This document shows, in pieces, positions 30,713-41,658 of a stretch of 64,000 nucleotides of DNA. Within the stretch, counting starts at the first letter, position 1; every line of letters starts with the position of its first letter. The stretch covers positions 20,370 through 84,369 of the forward strand of contig JBQLZK010000026.1 of NCBI GenBank assembly GCA_052168235.1. The letters are read 5' to 3'. A model generated the notes under the pieces. The model did not search any database, was not told the DNA's origin, and saw only the letters and a program-made list of their open reading frames with translations. The DNA is from Thainema sp. (lineage in GTDB: Bacteria; Cyanobacteriota; Cyanobacteriia; Phormidesmidales; Phormidesmidaceae). The position numbers were made by a program, and so were the translations under genes.

Positions 30713-31883
30713 TCTGCTGCGTCTGACGTTTCATGCCTTGCGTGGCAATCCTGTTCGCTCAACCTTGTCGATGGTAGGAGTCTTCATGGGCGTCGCTGCT
30801 GTCAGCGCCACGCTGCAAGTGGGCAGCATCAGCCGCGCTGTCATTCAGCAGGAACTGCAAAAGCGAGATGCGCCCAGCGTCATTGTCTATCCGCGTTGGG
30901 AACCCGGCAAAACGTATCGTCGATTTACAACCGATGATTTGACATTCTTACAGCAGCGTTTAGGACAATCTGACTCGGTGAGCGCCCTATCCTATGCTGG
31001 GGCTAGCTCAATGCTTTTTCAGGATCAGGAGTCAAATCCGTTTGTGCTGGCGGTGACGCAAAACTTTTTAGACAATACCGGGCGCAGATTGCTGTCAGGG
31101 CGGCTGTTTACCCCAGCCGACTTTAATAACTACCGTTCGGTATTGGTAATTGATAGCTTCCTAGCCGATAGCTTATTTGGCCAAACCGATGCTGATCCGG
31201 TTGGTCAGCGAGTGTACGTCGATCAGCGGCCTTATGTAGTCATTGGTGTGGTAGAAGCCAAAATTGACGAAGAAGATGAAGCACCCCAAGGCGAAGCCTA
31301 CATTCCCATGTCGCTGCACCATGCATTACAGGGCGATCGCAATCTCAACAATATGCAAATTCATGCTGAAAATTTGGACATCATTAAACCCTTAGAAGAA
31401 CAGGCGCAAGCGCTGCTAACCCAGCGATCGCCAGAGCAGAAATATTGGACGTGGAACAACGTCGAGGATATCCGAGAACAGCAGCGCGTTCTGACCCTAG
31501 CTTCTCGCTCGCTCGCTGCCGTGGGCATGGTGACGCTGCTCGTCGGTGGTGTGGGCATTGCCAACATTATGATTGCCTCCGTAACCGAGCGTACCGCCGA
31601 AATTGGCCTGCGTCGCGCCATTGGGGCCACTCAGCGAGACGTGATGCTGCAATTCATCCTGGAATCTGTAGTGATCAGCGTCGTGGGAGGGGTAGTTGCG
31701 ATCGCAACCGTCCACGGTCTAACCCGCATCGTCGCCACCACGTTTAACTTGCCCTATCAGTTTGAGCAGCGCACCATCATTATTTCTCTGGGTTCTGCCC
31801 TAGTCGTTGGCGTTGGTGCCAGCTTTGTACCAGCCTTACAAGCTAGTCGGCTTGATCCAGTCGAGGCCCTTAGATCCGACTGA
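30693..31883 (+). CDS. ABC transporter permease (MacB/FtsX family); likely start ATG 30693
   Basis: RSTLSMVGVFMGVAAV, GGVGIANIM..SVTERTAEIGLRRAIGA and PALQASRLDPVEALR motifs. Confidence 0.92.
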   Translation: MSLSSTDLLRLTFHALRGNPVRSTLSMVGVFMGVAAVSATLQVGSISRAVIQQELQKRDAPSVIVYPRWEPGKTYRRFTTDDLTFLQQRLGQSDSVSALSYAGASSMLFQDQESNPFVLAVTQNFLDNTGRRLLSGRLFTPADFNNYRSVLVIDSFLADSLFGQTDADPVGQRVYVDQRPYVVIGVVEAKIDEEDEAPQGEAYIPMSLHHALQGDRNLNNMQIHAENLDIIKPLEEQAQALLTQRSPEQKYWTWNNVEDIREQQRVLTLASRSLAAVGMVTLLVGGVGIANIMIASVTERTAEIGLRRAIGATQRDVMLQFILESVVISVVGGVVAIATVHGLTRIVATTFNLPYQFEQRTIIISLGSALVVGVGASFVPALQASRLDPVEALRSD

Positions 31884-31967
31884 TGAACTGATCAAACCCC
31901 CAACTGGATTATCTTGCCGACATTACAGCGATATCTGTTGAGTTGTTGTGCAAAATGTGAGCAAAAC

Positions 31968-32216
31968 CTACTGGCACGAATCGTGCTGATCGACCGATGG
32001 CGGCAGCGGTACCGGATCGTAGCCGCCAGGATGAAAGGGATGACACTTAGTAATGCGACGAACGGCTAGCCAGCTACCTTTAATCACACCAAAGCGATCA
32101 ATGGCTTCGAGCGCGTACTGCGAACAGGTAGGCTGAAATCGGCAAACCGGCGGAAAGAGTGGCGAAATCAGCCGACGGTAGCCGCGAATCAGCAATAGGA
32201 AAAGCTGCTTGATCAT
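31968..32216 (-). CDS. yidD: Membrane protein insertion efficiency factor YidD
   Basis: [10 protein letters not shown] and [14 protein letters not shown] motifs. Confidence 0.95.
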   Translation of the reverse strand: MIKQLFLLLIRGYRRLISPLFPPVCRFQPTCSQYALEAIDRFGVIKGSWLAVRRITKCHPFHPGGYDPVPLPPSVDQHDSCQ

Positions 32217-32256
32217 ATATGAGTACCCAAGAAGTACCGATAGGAGTCCTCAAATT

Positions 32257-33768
32257 CTACGGTAGCCAAAATTGGGGCAAAAGCGCATTGCCAAAATCCC
32301 GAACCGTGCGATTGAGCGATCGCGCCAGTTGAATATGCGGTTCATCGGCCTGAACAGGCAAGATAGGGGCGGCTTGTCCCTGTCCCAAATGACTGATAAC
32401 CAGATTCGCTGCTTCTAATCCGGTTACGTAAGCTTTTTCCTGTGACCAAGAACCATGCCGATTCACAATCCAGTCGCCACTCATAAACAAGTTATCGAAG
32501 CTAGTTTGAGCAGGTAGCAAATAGCGATAGCTACCCGGAGCAAAGTGGCTGACGGCTTGCGGCAGGCGAATCACGCTGTAATCGACGACATTCGCTTCAC
32601 GGAAATCCGGCACACAAGCAGCTAGGTCTCGCTGAACCAGGGGAATGATTTCCTCATCGTCTAGCCCTAAAAACTGATTGGCGTGATAAAAATCGACTTC
32701 AACAACGCTGCCAGGGGCGTGACGATACTGATCGTGCAGGGCATTGAGATCGAAAAACGTCCAGCCTGTGGTGGGATGGAAGCCGAAACAGGCGTTTGAT
32801 GGCTTAGGAATATCAATCTTGCGGTCAAACCAGAGGCGCGTCGCCAGGACATCAATTGCGCCCAAATTACTCAAGTTGCGGAACTCGGGTCGAGTTCGCA
32901 GCGTTGGGCTGCCAGCCACAATTTTTTTCATGCCCGTAATGCCGACAGCAAAGATGACGGCATCGGCTTCAAACTGTTTATCGCCACAGACAACGCCAGT
33001 AATGCGATCGCAATTTTCCTTGTCTACCAAAACATCGCTGACGCGCTGGTGGGGCAGAATCTGACCGCCCAGTTGCTCAATTTCCTTCACCCAAGGCCGG
33101 AAAATCTGCTCACCAACTGTACCGCGACACCACATCACGTCGAAATCCGGCTGATGAGCCAGGATGAAGAAGTAGAGCATCCCGAGGGCGGCAGCAGCGG
33201 AACACTGTTCTCCGGGCGCAAAAAGGCCGACCAGCAGCATCGGTTCAAATGACTCGCGATAGAGCCGTTCGGAAACGCCAAACTGTTTGAAGAGTTCCCG
33301 TGCGGTTACGCGATCGTAGCGCTGCCAAGCCTCGTCGGAGTTGTCGAAGTCAATCACGGCATAGAGCAAGGGCAGAGCTGACAAACGATCAACCAGCGGC
33401 AAGCGCTTGAATTGGGTGTAGAGAAACGTGCCTAGCGGACTCGGCAAAGGCGGCTGATGCTGAAAAATGGGCGATTCAACTTCCAGACCAGCGGGTGAAT
33501 ATTGAGCCGATTGGGTAAACGGCGTAAACGGCTGAAGCGCCAGTTCGTCAACCAGCGAAAAAATGTTGTAGTAGGGATACCAAAAGCCATGAATCCCAGC
33601 TTCGACTGACTTACCCTGATTCGTTTCCCAGCCTGCCACTAATCCGCCTGGATGGGCACCCGCTTCTAAAAGCGTGACCTCGTATCCCTGTTTAGCTAAA
33701 TGATAGGTTGCGCCGAGCCCAGCCCAACCTGCACCGACGACTACAACTCGCTTGCCCGTTTCTGACAT
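32257..33768 (-). CDS. FAD-dependent oxidoreductase (amine oxidase / carotene desaturase-like)
   Basis: GAGWAGL Rossmann motif, EAGIHGFW and SGDW...SQEKAYVTG. Confidence 0.85.
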   Translation of the reverse strand: MSETGKRVVVVGAGWAGLGATYHLAKQGYEVTLLEAGAHPGGLVAGWETNQGKSVEAGIHGFWYPYYNIFSLVDELALQPFTPFTQSAQYSPAGLEVESPIFQHQPPLPSPLGTFLYTQFKRLPLVDRLSALPLLYAVIDFDNSDEAWQRYDRVTARELFKQFGVSERLYRESFEPMLLVGLFAPGEQCSAAAALGMLYFFILAHQPDFDVMWCRGTVGEQIFRPWVKEIEQLGGQILPHQRVSDVLVDKENCDRITGVVCGDKQFEADAVIFAVGITGMKKIVAGSPTLRTRPEFRNLSNLGAIDVLATRLWFDRKIDIPKPSNACFGFHPTTGWTFFDLNALHDQYRHAPGSVVEVDFYHANQFLGLDDEEIIPLVQRDLAACVPDFREANVVDYSVIRLPQAVSHFAPGSYRYLLPAQTSFDNLFMSGDWIVNRHGSWSQEKAYVTGLEAANLVISHLGQGQAAPILPVQADEPHIQLARSLNRTVRDFGNALLPQFWLP

Positions 33769-33907
33769 GATGATTTGACGGTTGACAACTTGCCTAATGA
33801 CAGGCCGATAGGACTCAGCCTGGCATGACTACAGGCTAATGCTACGGCAATCCGGTTGATCTTGCGGCTTGGATCTTGAGTTGATGAGATTTACGCCAAG
33901 TTTGCTG

Positions 33908-35074
33908 CTAGAGAATGCCCGCAAAATGGAGCGGCCCATGACCTGTGATCAGCTCAACTAGTAGGGCAATAAAGCCAATCATGGCTAGGCGACCATTCCA
34001 GCGCTCGGCGGTGGTGGTCAAGCCCCACTCCCAGCGCTCTTGGGGATATATTTTGGTGTCTTTACCGGGATGCACAACATCTTCAAACCGCTGTTGGGGA
34101 GAGCGCAGGGCTTCCTCGACCATGTCGGCCATGTCGTTAATAAAGATGGGGTGAGTATTGAGGGCTGGAACTCGCCGGAAGTTCTCAATACCAGCTTCTT
34201 CGGCGATTTCGCGGTATTCAATGTCGATTTCTTGCAGCGTTTCAATGTGCTCAGAGACGAAGCTGATGGGAACGACAACCATGTCGCGCACGCCCTGTTC
34301 TGCCAAATCTTCAATTGCATCTTCAGTGTAAGGTTGCAGCCATTCCACTGGGCCAACCCGGCTTTGATAGGCCAATGTCCAAGCGTTGGGGCGATTCAGG
34401 GTCTGCATAATCAGCTTTGAGCACTGCTCAATTTCCGCTTGGTAGGGATCGCCGGAGTCCTCGACGTAGCTGACGGGCACACCATGAGCGCTGAAGAAGA
34501 CATGGACATCATTGGGATTGGGAAACTGATCCAGTTCCTGGGCAACTAAATCGGCCATTGCCCGCAGATAACCGGGTCGATCAAACCAAGACGGAATCAC
34601 CGTGTAGTTAATTCGCTGTAAAAGCGGATCTTCTAGCCAGAGCCGCTCTAGCACCCGAAAGCTGGAACCACTGGTGCTGATGGAAAACTGGGGATACAGC
34701 GGTAAGATAACTAGTTCGTCGATCCGATCGCGTTTGATGCGTGCGATCGCTTCTTCCGTAAAGGGATGCCAGTAGCGCATGCCCACGTAGACCATCACGT
34801 CCTCGTGGCCATGCTGCTGTAGCTCCTTTTGCAGCGCCTGCGCCTGTTCTTCGGTAATGCGCCGCAGCGGCGAGCCACCGCCAATTTGACGATAGTTTTC
34901 TTGAGACGTGCGAGTCCGATTGGTCGAAATGAACCAGGCCAGCGGCTTTTGTAGCCACGGAAACGGCAGCCGGATAATTTCGGGGTCTGAGAATAGATTG
35001 AACAAAAATGGACCAACATCATCCAACTGCTCTGGCCCACCTAGATTTAGCAGTAAAACCCCAACACGACTCAT
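33908..35074 (-). CDS. hemH: Ferrochelatase with C-terminal CAB (HLIP-like) domain
   Basis: LLNLGGP, PLYPQFS, FSAHG, QSRVGP and SEHIETL motifs; C-terminal [12 protein letters not shown]. Confidence 0.97.
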   Translation of the reverse strand: MSRVGVLLLNLGGPEQLDDVGPFLFNLFSDPEIIRLPFPWLQKPLAWFISTNRTRTSQENYRQIGGGSPLRRITEEQAQALQKELQQHGHEDVMVYVGMRYWHPFTEEAIARIKRDRIDELVILPLYPQFSISTSGSSFRVLERLWLEDPLLQRINYTVIPSWFDRPGYLRAMADLVAQELDQFPNPNDVHVFFSAHGVPVSYVEDSGDPYQAEIEQCSKLIMQTLNRPNAWTLAYQSRVGPVEWLQPYTEDAIEDLAEQGVRDMVVVPISFVSEHIETLQEIDIEYREIAEEAGIENFRRVPALNTHPIFINDMADMVEEALRSPQQRFEDVVHPGKDTKIYPQERWEWGLTTTAERWNGRLAMIGFIALLVELITGHGPLHFAGIL

Positions 35075-35294
35075 GGCTGTTCCTGTTTTCGAGCGCTTTT
35101 AATAAACTTCACTGATCGTAACAAGATATTGCTGGCTTCGAACGTAAATTTCAACCAAAATCGTTGCAAGATCTTGATTTAAGCAAAGTCCGGCCAAGTT
35201 AAAGAATTCAATAGTAGGATGTATGATCCTAAATCCTTATTAAAGCTTATTAAACTCTAGCCGGGTTGAGAAGTGAATTTTTACCGTATGACCT

Positions 35295-36467
35295 ATGGCA
35301 GATGTTTGGCCCATTGACGAAAAAATCGAAAAGCTAAATCAGCGGCTCAAGGTGGCTCGCTTGGGTTTACAGGTAGAGCGACGCGGCCAAAAGCTGGGCC
35401 TACGAGGTACGTTTCCGCCCAAACCCGACAGCGATCGCAGACGACCTCATCAGCAGCGGTTGAGCCTGGGACTCCCGGCAACGCCTAGCGGTTTGAAAGA
35501 AATCGAGAAAGAAGCCAAAGTGATTGCGGCTCAGTTGATTCAAAACAGCTTTAGCTGGCATGACTATTTACCCGTTGCTAACGGCAAGCGACTCAGTCAG
35601 ATGGATTTGACTGAGCAAATGGATGCCTTTCACGCTCAGTTTCTCGCTGATCCAGATCGAACATCCCGCCCAGCATCCAGCCGCACTACCTGGGAAACGG
35701 CCTACGCACCGTATTTACGTCAGCTACTTGAAACCGTTCGACAGCGACCGACGCTGACGCTCGTTGAATCAATTTACGCCACAGTCAAGGCCACCCGCGC
35801 CAATTCTCGCAGTCGTCAGGTCTGCTGCACGGCGCTGGGCGCATTTGCCGAGTTTTTGAATCTAGAACTGCCCAATGATCTAAAGGACTTTTGGGGCAAC
35901 TACGGCACCGGATGCACTCAGCCCCGCCGCTTGCCCACCGATGAGGACATCTTGACCAACTTCAGCAAAATTCCCAATCCGGCTTGGCAGTTTGTCTACG
36001 GTGTGATGGCAACCTACGGTTTGCGTAATCATGAGGTGTTTTTCTGCGACTATTCCAGCTTGGTTAGTGGTGATCCAGAAGCTGCGATCGCAGTTCTGGA
36101 AACTACCAAAACGGGTGAGCATACCGTCTGGCCGTTCTATCCCGACTGGGTGGAGCAGTTTAACCTGCGCGACATTCGTCTGCCGCCCTTGAATACGGAT
36201 CTGACTCAAACCACACTGCAACGGGTAGGCCAACAGGTCAGCACCCAGTTTCGCCGCTATCAAATCCCGTTTTCGCCATACGATCTCCGTCACGCCTGGG
36301 CCGTGCGCACCATCCACATGGGCTTACCCGATACCGTCGCCGCCCGCATGATGGGGCACTCCGTAGCCATTCACAACCGCACCTACCACCGCTGGATGAC
36401 CCACCGCGATCAGCAAAAAGCAGTCAGAGCAGTGCTAGATTCAAGATCTGCCCACTTTTCTCCTTAA
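35295..36467 (+). CDS. Tyrosine recombinase/integrase (XisA-like cyanobacterial family)
   Basis: YGLRNHE, TKTG, YDLRH and MMGHS..IH..TY catalytic motifs. Confidence 0.85.
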   Translation: MADVWPIDEKIEKLNQRLKVARLGLQVERRGQKLGLRGTFPPKPDSDRRRPHQQRLSLGLPATPSGLKEIEKEAKVIAAQLIQNSFSWHDYLPVANGKRLSQMDLTEQMDAFHAQFLADPDRTSRPASSRTTWETAYAPYLRQLLETVRQRPTLTLVESIYATVKATRANSRSRQVCCTALGAFAEFLNLELPNDLKDFWGNYGTGCTQPRRLPTDEDILTNFSKIPNPAWQFVYGVMATYGLRNHEVFFCDYSSLVSGDPEAAIAVLETTKTGEHTVWPFYPDWVEQFNLRDIRLPPLNTDLTQTTLQRVGQQVSTQFRRYQIPFSPYDLRHAWAVRTIHMGLPDTVAARMMGHSVAIHNRTYHRWMTHRDQQKAVRAVLDSRSAHFSP

Positions 36468-36735
36468 CTTAGATGGCAAAAGTGCGATCGCAACAGCATC
36501 TACTATCCATCAACCATTAACTATTAACTCTCAACCTCTACTAATCACCCTCCACTACAACCCTAACCCTGCCGCATTGCCCCCAAACGATCCAAACAAG
36601 TGACAGCAAACACGGCAAGTGCTAGAGGGATGCATCACCATAAACTCAGATTGAACGAAATTAAGGTTTCTAATCCTGTTTCATACGGTGTTGAGTTGTT
36701 TATTGTTGATGCCCCTTTTAATGCCCCTTTAAAGA

Positions 36736-38388
36736 GTGCGCTTGTTCAAACCTATGACTTTTCTTCGTTCTGCCTGGCACGGCTTGATTAGACTGTTGAC
36801 CTACCGGACAGTCACGCTGCTGACACTCCTCTTCATGGCGGTCGTCATCGCGACCCTATGGAATATGTCATGGCTTTCTAACGATCTGGTTCAGACTCAG
36901 GCACTGCAAAACGCAGTGCTTTCGGCTAAGGCAATGCGAGAAGCGCGTACGGTGTATAGCTCAGAAGCCGTTGCCAGAGTTCCAGACGATGACGTGCAGA
37001 TCACTCACGACTACTTATCTCAGGAGGGTGCGATTCCCCTGCCTGCCACGTTCTTGCTAGAACTAAGCCGCCGCCTTCGAGAAGACAACCCGGAAATGTC
37101 AATCCGAGTTTATAGTGACTATCCGTTTCCTTGGCATCAGAAGGATGGTGGGCCACAGGATGAGTTCGAGGAGAAGGCCCTCCAGGAACTGCGCCAAAAT
37201 CCCGCTCAACCCTACATCAGTGTTGAAGACTTTCAGGGACGGCAATCGCTGCGCTATGCCGAGGCCGACATCATGATGCCGAGTTGCGTCACCTGTCACA
37301 ATACTTACCCTGGCAGCCCTAAAACTGATTGGGTCGTTGGCGATGTGCGTGGTATTTTAGAGATTACTCAACCGCTGGATGCCTTTCAGGCCCGGATTCG
37401 GCAGGGATTGAAAGGTACGTTCCTGATGTTAGGAGGACTGTCTGTTATTGGGATTTCCGGACTGACGGCAGCCATTCGCGGGTTGCAACAGCGATCGCAG
37501 GAGCTAGCGATAGCCAGAGATCAGCTAGAAGCGGTAATTGATGCGGTGCCTGGCCCAATTTCCTGGATAGGTTCCAACGGAGTTTACCTGGGCGTGAATC
37601 GTAAACTAGCCGATGACTGGCAGATTTCCCAGGAGGCTTTTATTGGCAAAGAGGTGGGATTTTTACGCGGTAGTGATCAGCTTTCCATCTTTTTACAGCA
37701 ATTTTTGGTTAGCTCCGACACGTCAGCTTCTCAGGTGATTGATGTCAGTATCAACGGCGAAGAACGAGCCTATTTGTTTGCAGCACAGAAGTATCAAAAC
37801 GGTGAAGCAATTGTTTCAGTTGGCATCGACGTAACGGAACGAAAGCGCGCTGAGAAAGCGCTGCGAATTGCCGAAGAAAACTATCGCAGTATTTATGAAA
37901 ATGCTCTAGAAGGTATTTTTCAGTCTAATCTCGAAGGCCGCTTTATCAGCGTCAATCCAGCAATGGCGCGGCTGTATGGCTACAGTTCACCGGACGATAT
38001 GGTCAACAGCATCACCAGCATTGCGGAGCAGATTTATGTTGAATCGGAATGTCGCGATACGTTTACGCACTTGTTGGTGAATCGGGGTGAGGTGAAGGGG
38101 TTTGAATATCGCAGCTATCGCAAAGACGGCAGCATTATGTGGGTAGAAGAAAATACCCGCGCGGTACGAGACGATAAGGGTAAGCTGCTCTACTTTGAGG
38201 GAATTGTGCAGGATATTAGCGATCGCAAATTGCGCGAAGCGGATTTAAAGCGTCAGTTGCAAGAGTTACAGATCGAAATTGATGAGAAAAAGAAAGCCCA
38301 AGATGTAGCTAAGATCACGGAAAGTAGCTACTTTCAAGACCTGCAAAATGAAATTGCCCGCATTAATCTCGATGAGTTTTGGGATTAG
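36736..38388 (+). CDS. Membrane sensor: DUF3365-like c-type heme domain plus two PAS domains, no recognisable output domain (start possibly ATG 36754)
   Basis: TM-flanked domain with CVTCH; PAS motifs ENALEGIFQS...VNPAMARLYGY and EGIVQDISDRK. Confidence 0.75.
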   Translation: MRLFKPMTFLRSAWHGLIRLLTYRTVTLLTLLFMAVVIATLWNMSWLSNDLVQTQALQNAVLSAKAMREARTVYSSEAVARVPDDDVQITHDYLSQEGAIPLPATFLLELSRRLREDNPEMSIRVYSDYPFPWHQKDGGPQDEFEEKALQELRQNPAQPYISVEDFQGRQSLRYAEADIMMPSCVTCHNTYPGSPKTDWVVGDVRGILEITQPLDAFQARIRQGLKGTFLMLGGLSVIGISGLTAAIRGLQQRSQELAIARDQLEAVIDAVPGPISWIGSNGVYLGVNRKLADDWQISQEAFIGKEVGFLRGSDQLSIFLQQFLVSSDTSASQVIDVSINGEERAYLFAAQKYQNGEAIVSVGIDVTERKRAEKALRIAEENYRSIYENALEGIFQSNLEGRFISVNPAMARLYGYSSPDDMVNSITSIAEQIYVESECRDTFTHLLVNRGEVKGFEYRSYRKDGSIMWVEENTRAVRDDKGKLLYFEGIVQDISDRKLREADLKRQLQELQIEIDEKKKAQDVAKITESSYFQDLQNEIARINLDEFWD

Positions 38389-38420
38389 ACCTGATTCGTT
38401 ATTCTTAAACCTGAGAGATG

Positions 38421-38469
38421 AGAGAGGGGGATTGAGCTGCCGCGTCGCGGTAGCTCAATCCCCCTCTCT
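38421..38469. repeat. Hairpin with 24-bp arms between convergent genes (terminator or MITE core)
   Basis: agagagggggattgagctgccgcg-t-cgcggtagctcaatccccctctct, one G-T pair. Confidence 0.85.
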
Positions 38470-38499
38470 TAGGTTTTGGTGCAATATTTGAAAAAAATG

Positions 38500-39690
38500 C
38501 TAACGCACGTCAATCTGCGATAGAGCCGTATTGGTGTAGTAGTGCGTCAAAATTTGGTCATAGGTGTAGCCCTGTTGCGCCATATTATGTGCGCCCCACT
38601 GACTCATGCCCAGACCATGCCCAAAGCCACCACCCTCAAAACGGAAGACACTGGGACTCGGGACACCATCAGCGCTGGCAACCTGACCAATTTCGGGCGA
38701 GATTGAGAACAACAGCGTGCTGCGTAAACCCAATGCCGTTCGCAATTCATTGCCGCGCAGGCTCTTCTCGCCTGCATCCCCTACGACTCGGACTGACCGA
38801 ACGCGGCCTGTGGGAGTCGTGGATTCGACCACAAATGAGAGGACATTGCCGACACCAGAAATTCGGTTGCTGACTTCACTAGCTGAGAGTTCTGCAACCC
38901 AGCGGTAAACGGGTGCGCCTTCATCGAAATCGGGTACGCCTCGCAGATAAGGCAGCGGTTGCGACCAAACATTTTCCACGTTTTCGGTGTGACCGCCAGA
39001 CGACGAGTGGAAGACCGCTTCGATGATTTGACCGTTGTGAGTCAGCACTTGACCAGCCGTGGCATTAACCGCGCTGATTGTGCCGGGAGCCTCGTCGATT
39101 AAGCCTTTGTAAACCTGCCAGGTCGGGGTATCTCCGACGTCATATACAGGCGTGGCAGATTTTTGGCGACGATACAGCGCATAGGAGCGAGCCGCCACCG
39201 CTTGAGCTTTGAGGGCTTCTTGCGGCCAACTGCCGCTCATTTCGCCACCCAGAACGCTATAGAGATAGTGTTCTAGATCAACGTAATTGACAGCCGTTAA
39301 ACCACCCGAGGTTTTAACTAGAAGTGTGCGGCCCCGATACCAGCGATCGCTGATATAAACAAAGCCGCCTTCGCTGGGTTCAATCCAAATTTGGTCATCG
39401 AACCACTGATCGACTTCAACCCCAGAGGATTCAGCTTCGGCAGTGAATGAACCCATTGCGGGCAGCTGACCGAGGACTTGACCATCGCTATCTCGCACAA
39501 CAGCAGTGGTGTTGCTGCCAACGGTGACTGTACCAACGTTTTCTTCAATTGCCACTCGCATTTCGAGAGCAGCAGCTGGTGCCATTAAAAATAGCCACCA
39601 CATAAAAAGGCTTCCCCACCAGCGAGGCTGGGGAAGCCGAGTAATTGCCGTAAATAAAAGACGAACTGGGGTAGTTTGTGTGTGTGTCAT
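38500..39690 (-). CDS. SpoIID/LytB domain protein
   Basis: LEHYLYSVLGGEM, EALKAQAVAARSYA, FHSSSGGHTE and GFGHGLGMSQWGA motifs. Confidence 0.93.
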   Translation of the reverse strand: MTHTQTTPVRLLFTAITRLPQPRWWGSLFMWWLFLMAPAAALEMRVAIEENVGTVTVGSNTTAVVRDSDGQVLGQLPAMGSFTAEAESSGVEVDQWFDDQIWIEPSEGGFVYISDRWYRGRTLLVKTSGGLTAVNYVDLEHYLYSVLGGEMSGSWPQEALKAQAVAARSYALYRRQKSATPVYDVGDTPTWQVYKGLIDEAPGTISAVNATAGQVLTHNGQIIEAVFHSSSGGHTENVENVWSQPLPYLRGVPDFDEGAPVYRWVAELSASEVSNRISGVGNVLSFVVESTTPTGRVRSVRVVGDAGEKSLRGNELRTALGLRSTLLFSISPEIGQVASADGVPSPSVFRFEGGGFGHGLGMSQWGAHNMAQQGYTYDQILTHYYTNTALSQIDVR

Positions 39691-40369
39691 AAGGAGAAAC
39701 GAACCTCACACCATTGCGGTTTGGACAAATATCAAATGGGTCAGCGCAGATAGAAGGGACTGACCAACATCGCGATCAACTTCTATTCTTTGACGCCAGT
39801 TTCAATCTGAATTTCCTGATGGTTGGGACTGCTAATTTAAGTTAAAACTGCGGCTGGTAGATTGAATTTCAGCCAAATCCAAAGCAAATTGGATCAAGGT
39901 TAGCATTGGCTTGATCCCGGACAAAACCGTATTGTCGAAAAAGAATGTACGAAAAAGTTGCCAATCGTCAGAAATTACACGATTTGAGATCGCACCTCAT
40001 ATCCTCAATTCCCCGATAGAAGAACTACACAGATACCATCGGAGCCAGCTAATGTTCAAAGACTACGGACAAACTAAGAAAGTTTCTGATTCACGATTCA
40101 ATAATTTTTCATAACAAAACTCTACATTTAGCGCTAGATCGATTCTCTTCCCGCTGAATGTAGCCGTTCCCACCCAATTTCCACGTTGACTCAACCGCTA
40201 TAATCCCCAACCAGCCAGTTGAAAAGACACTTATTAAACTGTCCCCCTCGCACTAGTTCTCCTGCTCCCCATCTCCCCACCCACCCATCTACTCATCCAC
40301 CCTCCTCCCATCGCCATCCAAGGCCCCTCTTGTCATAATGGTGAAAGTGAGTATTCAACCCAAATTATT

Positions 40370-41326
40370 TTGCAGCTGACATTTTTAGGAACCAGTTCGG
40401 GTGTGCCAACGCGATCGCGCAATGTGTCGAGTGTGGCCTTGCGTCTACCACAGCGGGCGGAAGTTTGGCTGTTTGACTGTGGCGAAGGCACGCAGCATCA
40501 ACTGTTGCGCAGCGACCTGAAGGCTGGACAAATTCGCCGCATTTTTATCACCCACATGCACGGCGACCATATTTTTGGTCTGATGGGACTGCTGGCCTCC
40601 TGCGGTTTGGCGGGTAGTCCACAGCAACAAATCGATGTATATGGGCCACCTGACTTAAGGGATTATCTCAAAGCCTGTCGGCGCTATTCGCAGACTCGCT
40701 TTGCCTATCCGTTCAAGGTGCATACTATCTCACCTGGTTTGGTCTACGAAGACGATGAGTTTAGCGTATTCTGCGATCTGCTAGAGCATCGAGTCCCAGC
40801 TCACGGCTATCGGGTGGTGGAGAAAGACCGACCGGGTCGATTTGACGTGGAACGAGCTAAAGCGCTGGGAATTCCGCCTGGCCCGATCTATGGTCGGCTC
40901 AAGCAGGGGGAGGTGGTTACGCTGCCAGATGGTCGGCGGATTAATGGTGCTGATTTATGTGGCCCGATTGAGGTGGGGCGCAAATTGGTCTACTGCACCG
41001 ACACGATTTATTGCGATCGCGCTGTAGACCTCGCTCAAAATGCTGACGTGCTGATTCACGAAGCAACGTTTTCCCACCAGGACGCGGATATGGCCTATCA
41101 GCGGCTGCATTCAACTTCGACAATGGCCGCTCAAGTTGCCCTGGCTGCACAGAGCAAGCAGTTGATTTTGACCCACTTCAGTCCCCGCTATGCACCCGGC
41201 AACCCCATTGGTCTAGAGGATTTGCTGGCGGAAGCGCAGGCCATTTTCCCAAATACGGTTCTAGCGAAGGATTTCTTGACCTATGACATTCCGCGTCGAG
41301 AAGCCGCTCAACTCGTTTCCAGATAA
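40370..41326 (+). CDS. rnz: Ribonuclease Z
   Basis: [27 protein letters not shown] and THFSPRY motifs. Confidence 0.96.
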   Translation: MQLTFLGTSSGVPTRSRNVSSVALRLPQRAEVWLFDCGEGTQHQLLRSDLKAGQIRRIFITHMHGDHIFGLMGLLASCGLAGSPQQQIDVYGPPDLRDYLKACRRYSQTRFAYPFKVHTISPGLVYEDDEFSVFCDLLEHRVPAHGYRVVEKDRPGRFDVERAKALGIPPGPIYGRLKQGEVVTLPDGRRINGADLCGPIEVGRKLVYCTDTIYCDRAVDLAQNADVLIHEATFSHQDADMAYQRLHSTSTMAAQVALAAQSKQLILTHFSPRYAPGNPIGLEDLLAEAQAIFPNTVLAKDFLTYDIPRREAAQLVSR

Positions 41327-41379
41327 GCGGTGGCCATGTTGATTAGGACGTGGAATAACCGCTCCTAGCTGAATTAATC

Positions 41380-41428
41380 GAAAAAGCAGTAGCGCCGATC
41401 AGACACTGATCGGCGCTACTGCTTTTTC
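41380..41428. terminator. Perfect hairpin with 23-bp arms, probably a bidirectional terminator
   Basis: gaaaaagcagtagcgccgatcag-aca-ctgatcggcgctactgctttttc, between convergent rnz and LCP genes. Confidence 0.75.
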
Positions 41429-41658
41429 TGGAGTTTATGCGTTAGCTGTTGATTGAGCCGTAATTGCAATCCACAGGAGGGCTAGGCAAAGTGCGATCGC
41501 AACTCGCACTGCCCAGCGCTTCAGTCCAACTGCTTTGTTTGACTGGGCTTTTAGCAACTCATCTGGAGAAGACGCATTGGACATTAGCTGGTTGGGGCGA
41601 CTCTTGAGTAGATGAAGACATAACTGGCAATCGACATAGCCATCGGCAAGAATTGCAG

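Noticed and set aside
36500..36590. C/A-rich heptamer-like tract (similar tract at 40255-40320; 9-10-mer tract at 26321-26368)
   Set aside because: Degenerate short tandem repeats of this kind are common in cyanobacterial intergenic DNA, and no specific function can be supported.
35295..36600. Prophage or integrative element at the recombinase
   Set aside because: No phage genes, att repeats, tRNA or compositional shift on either side.
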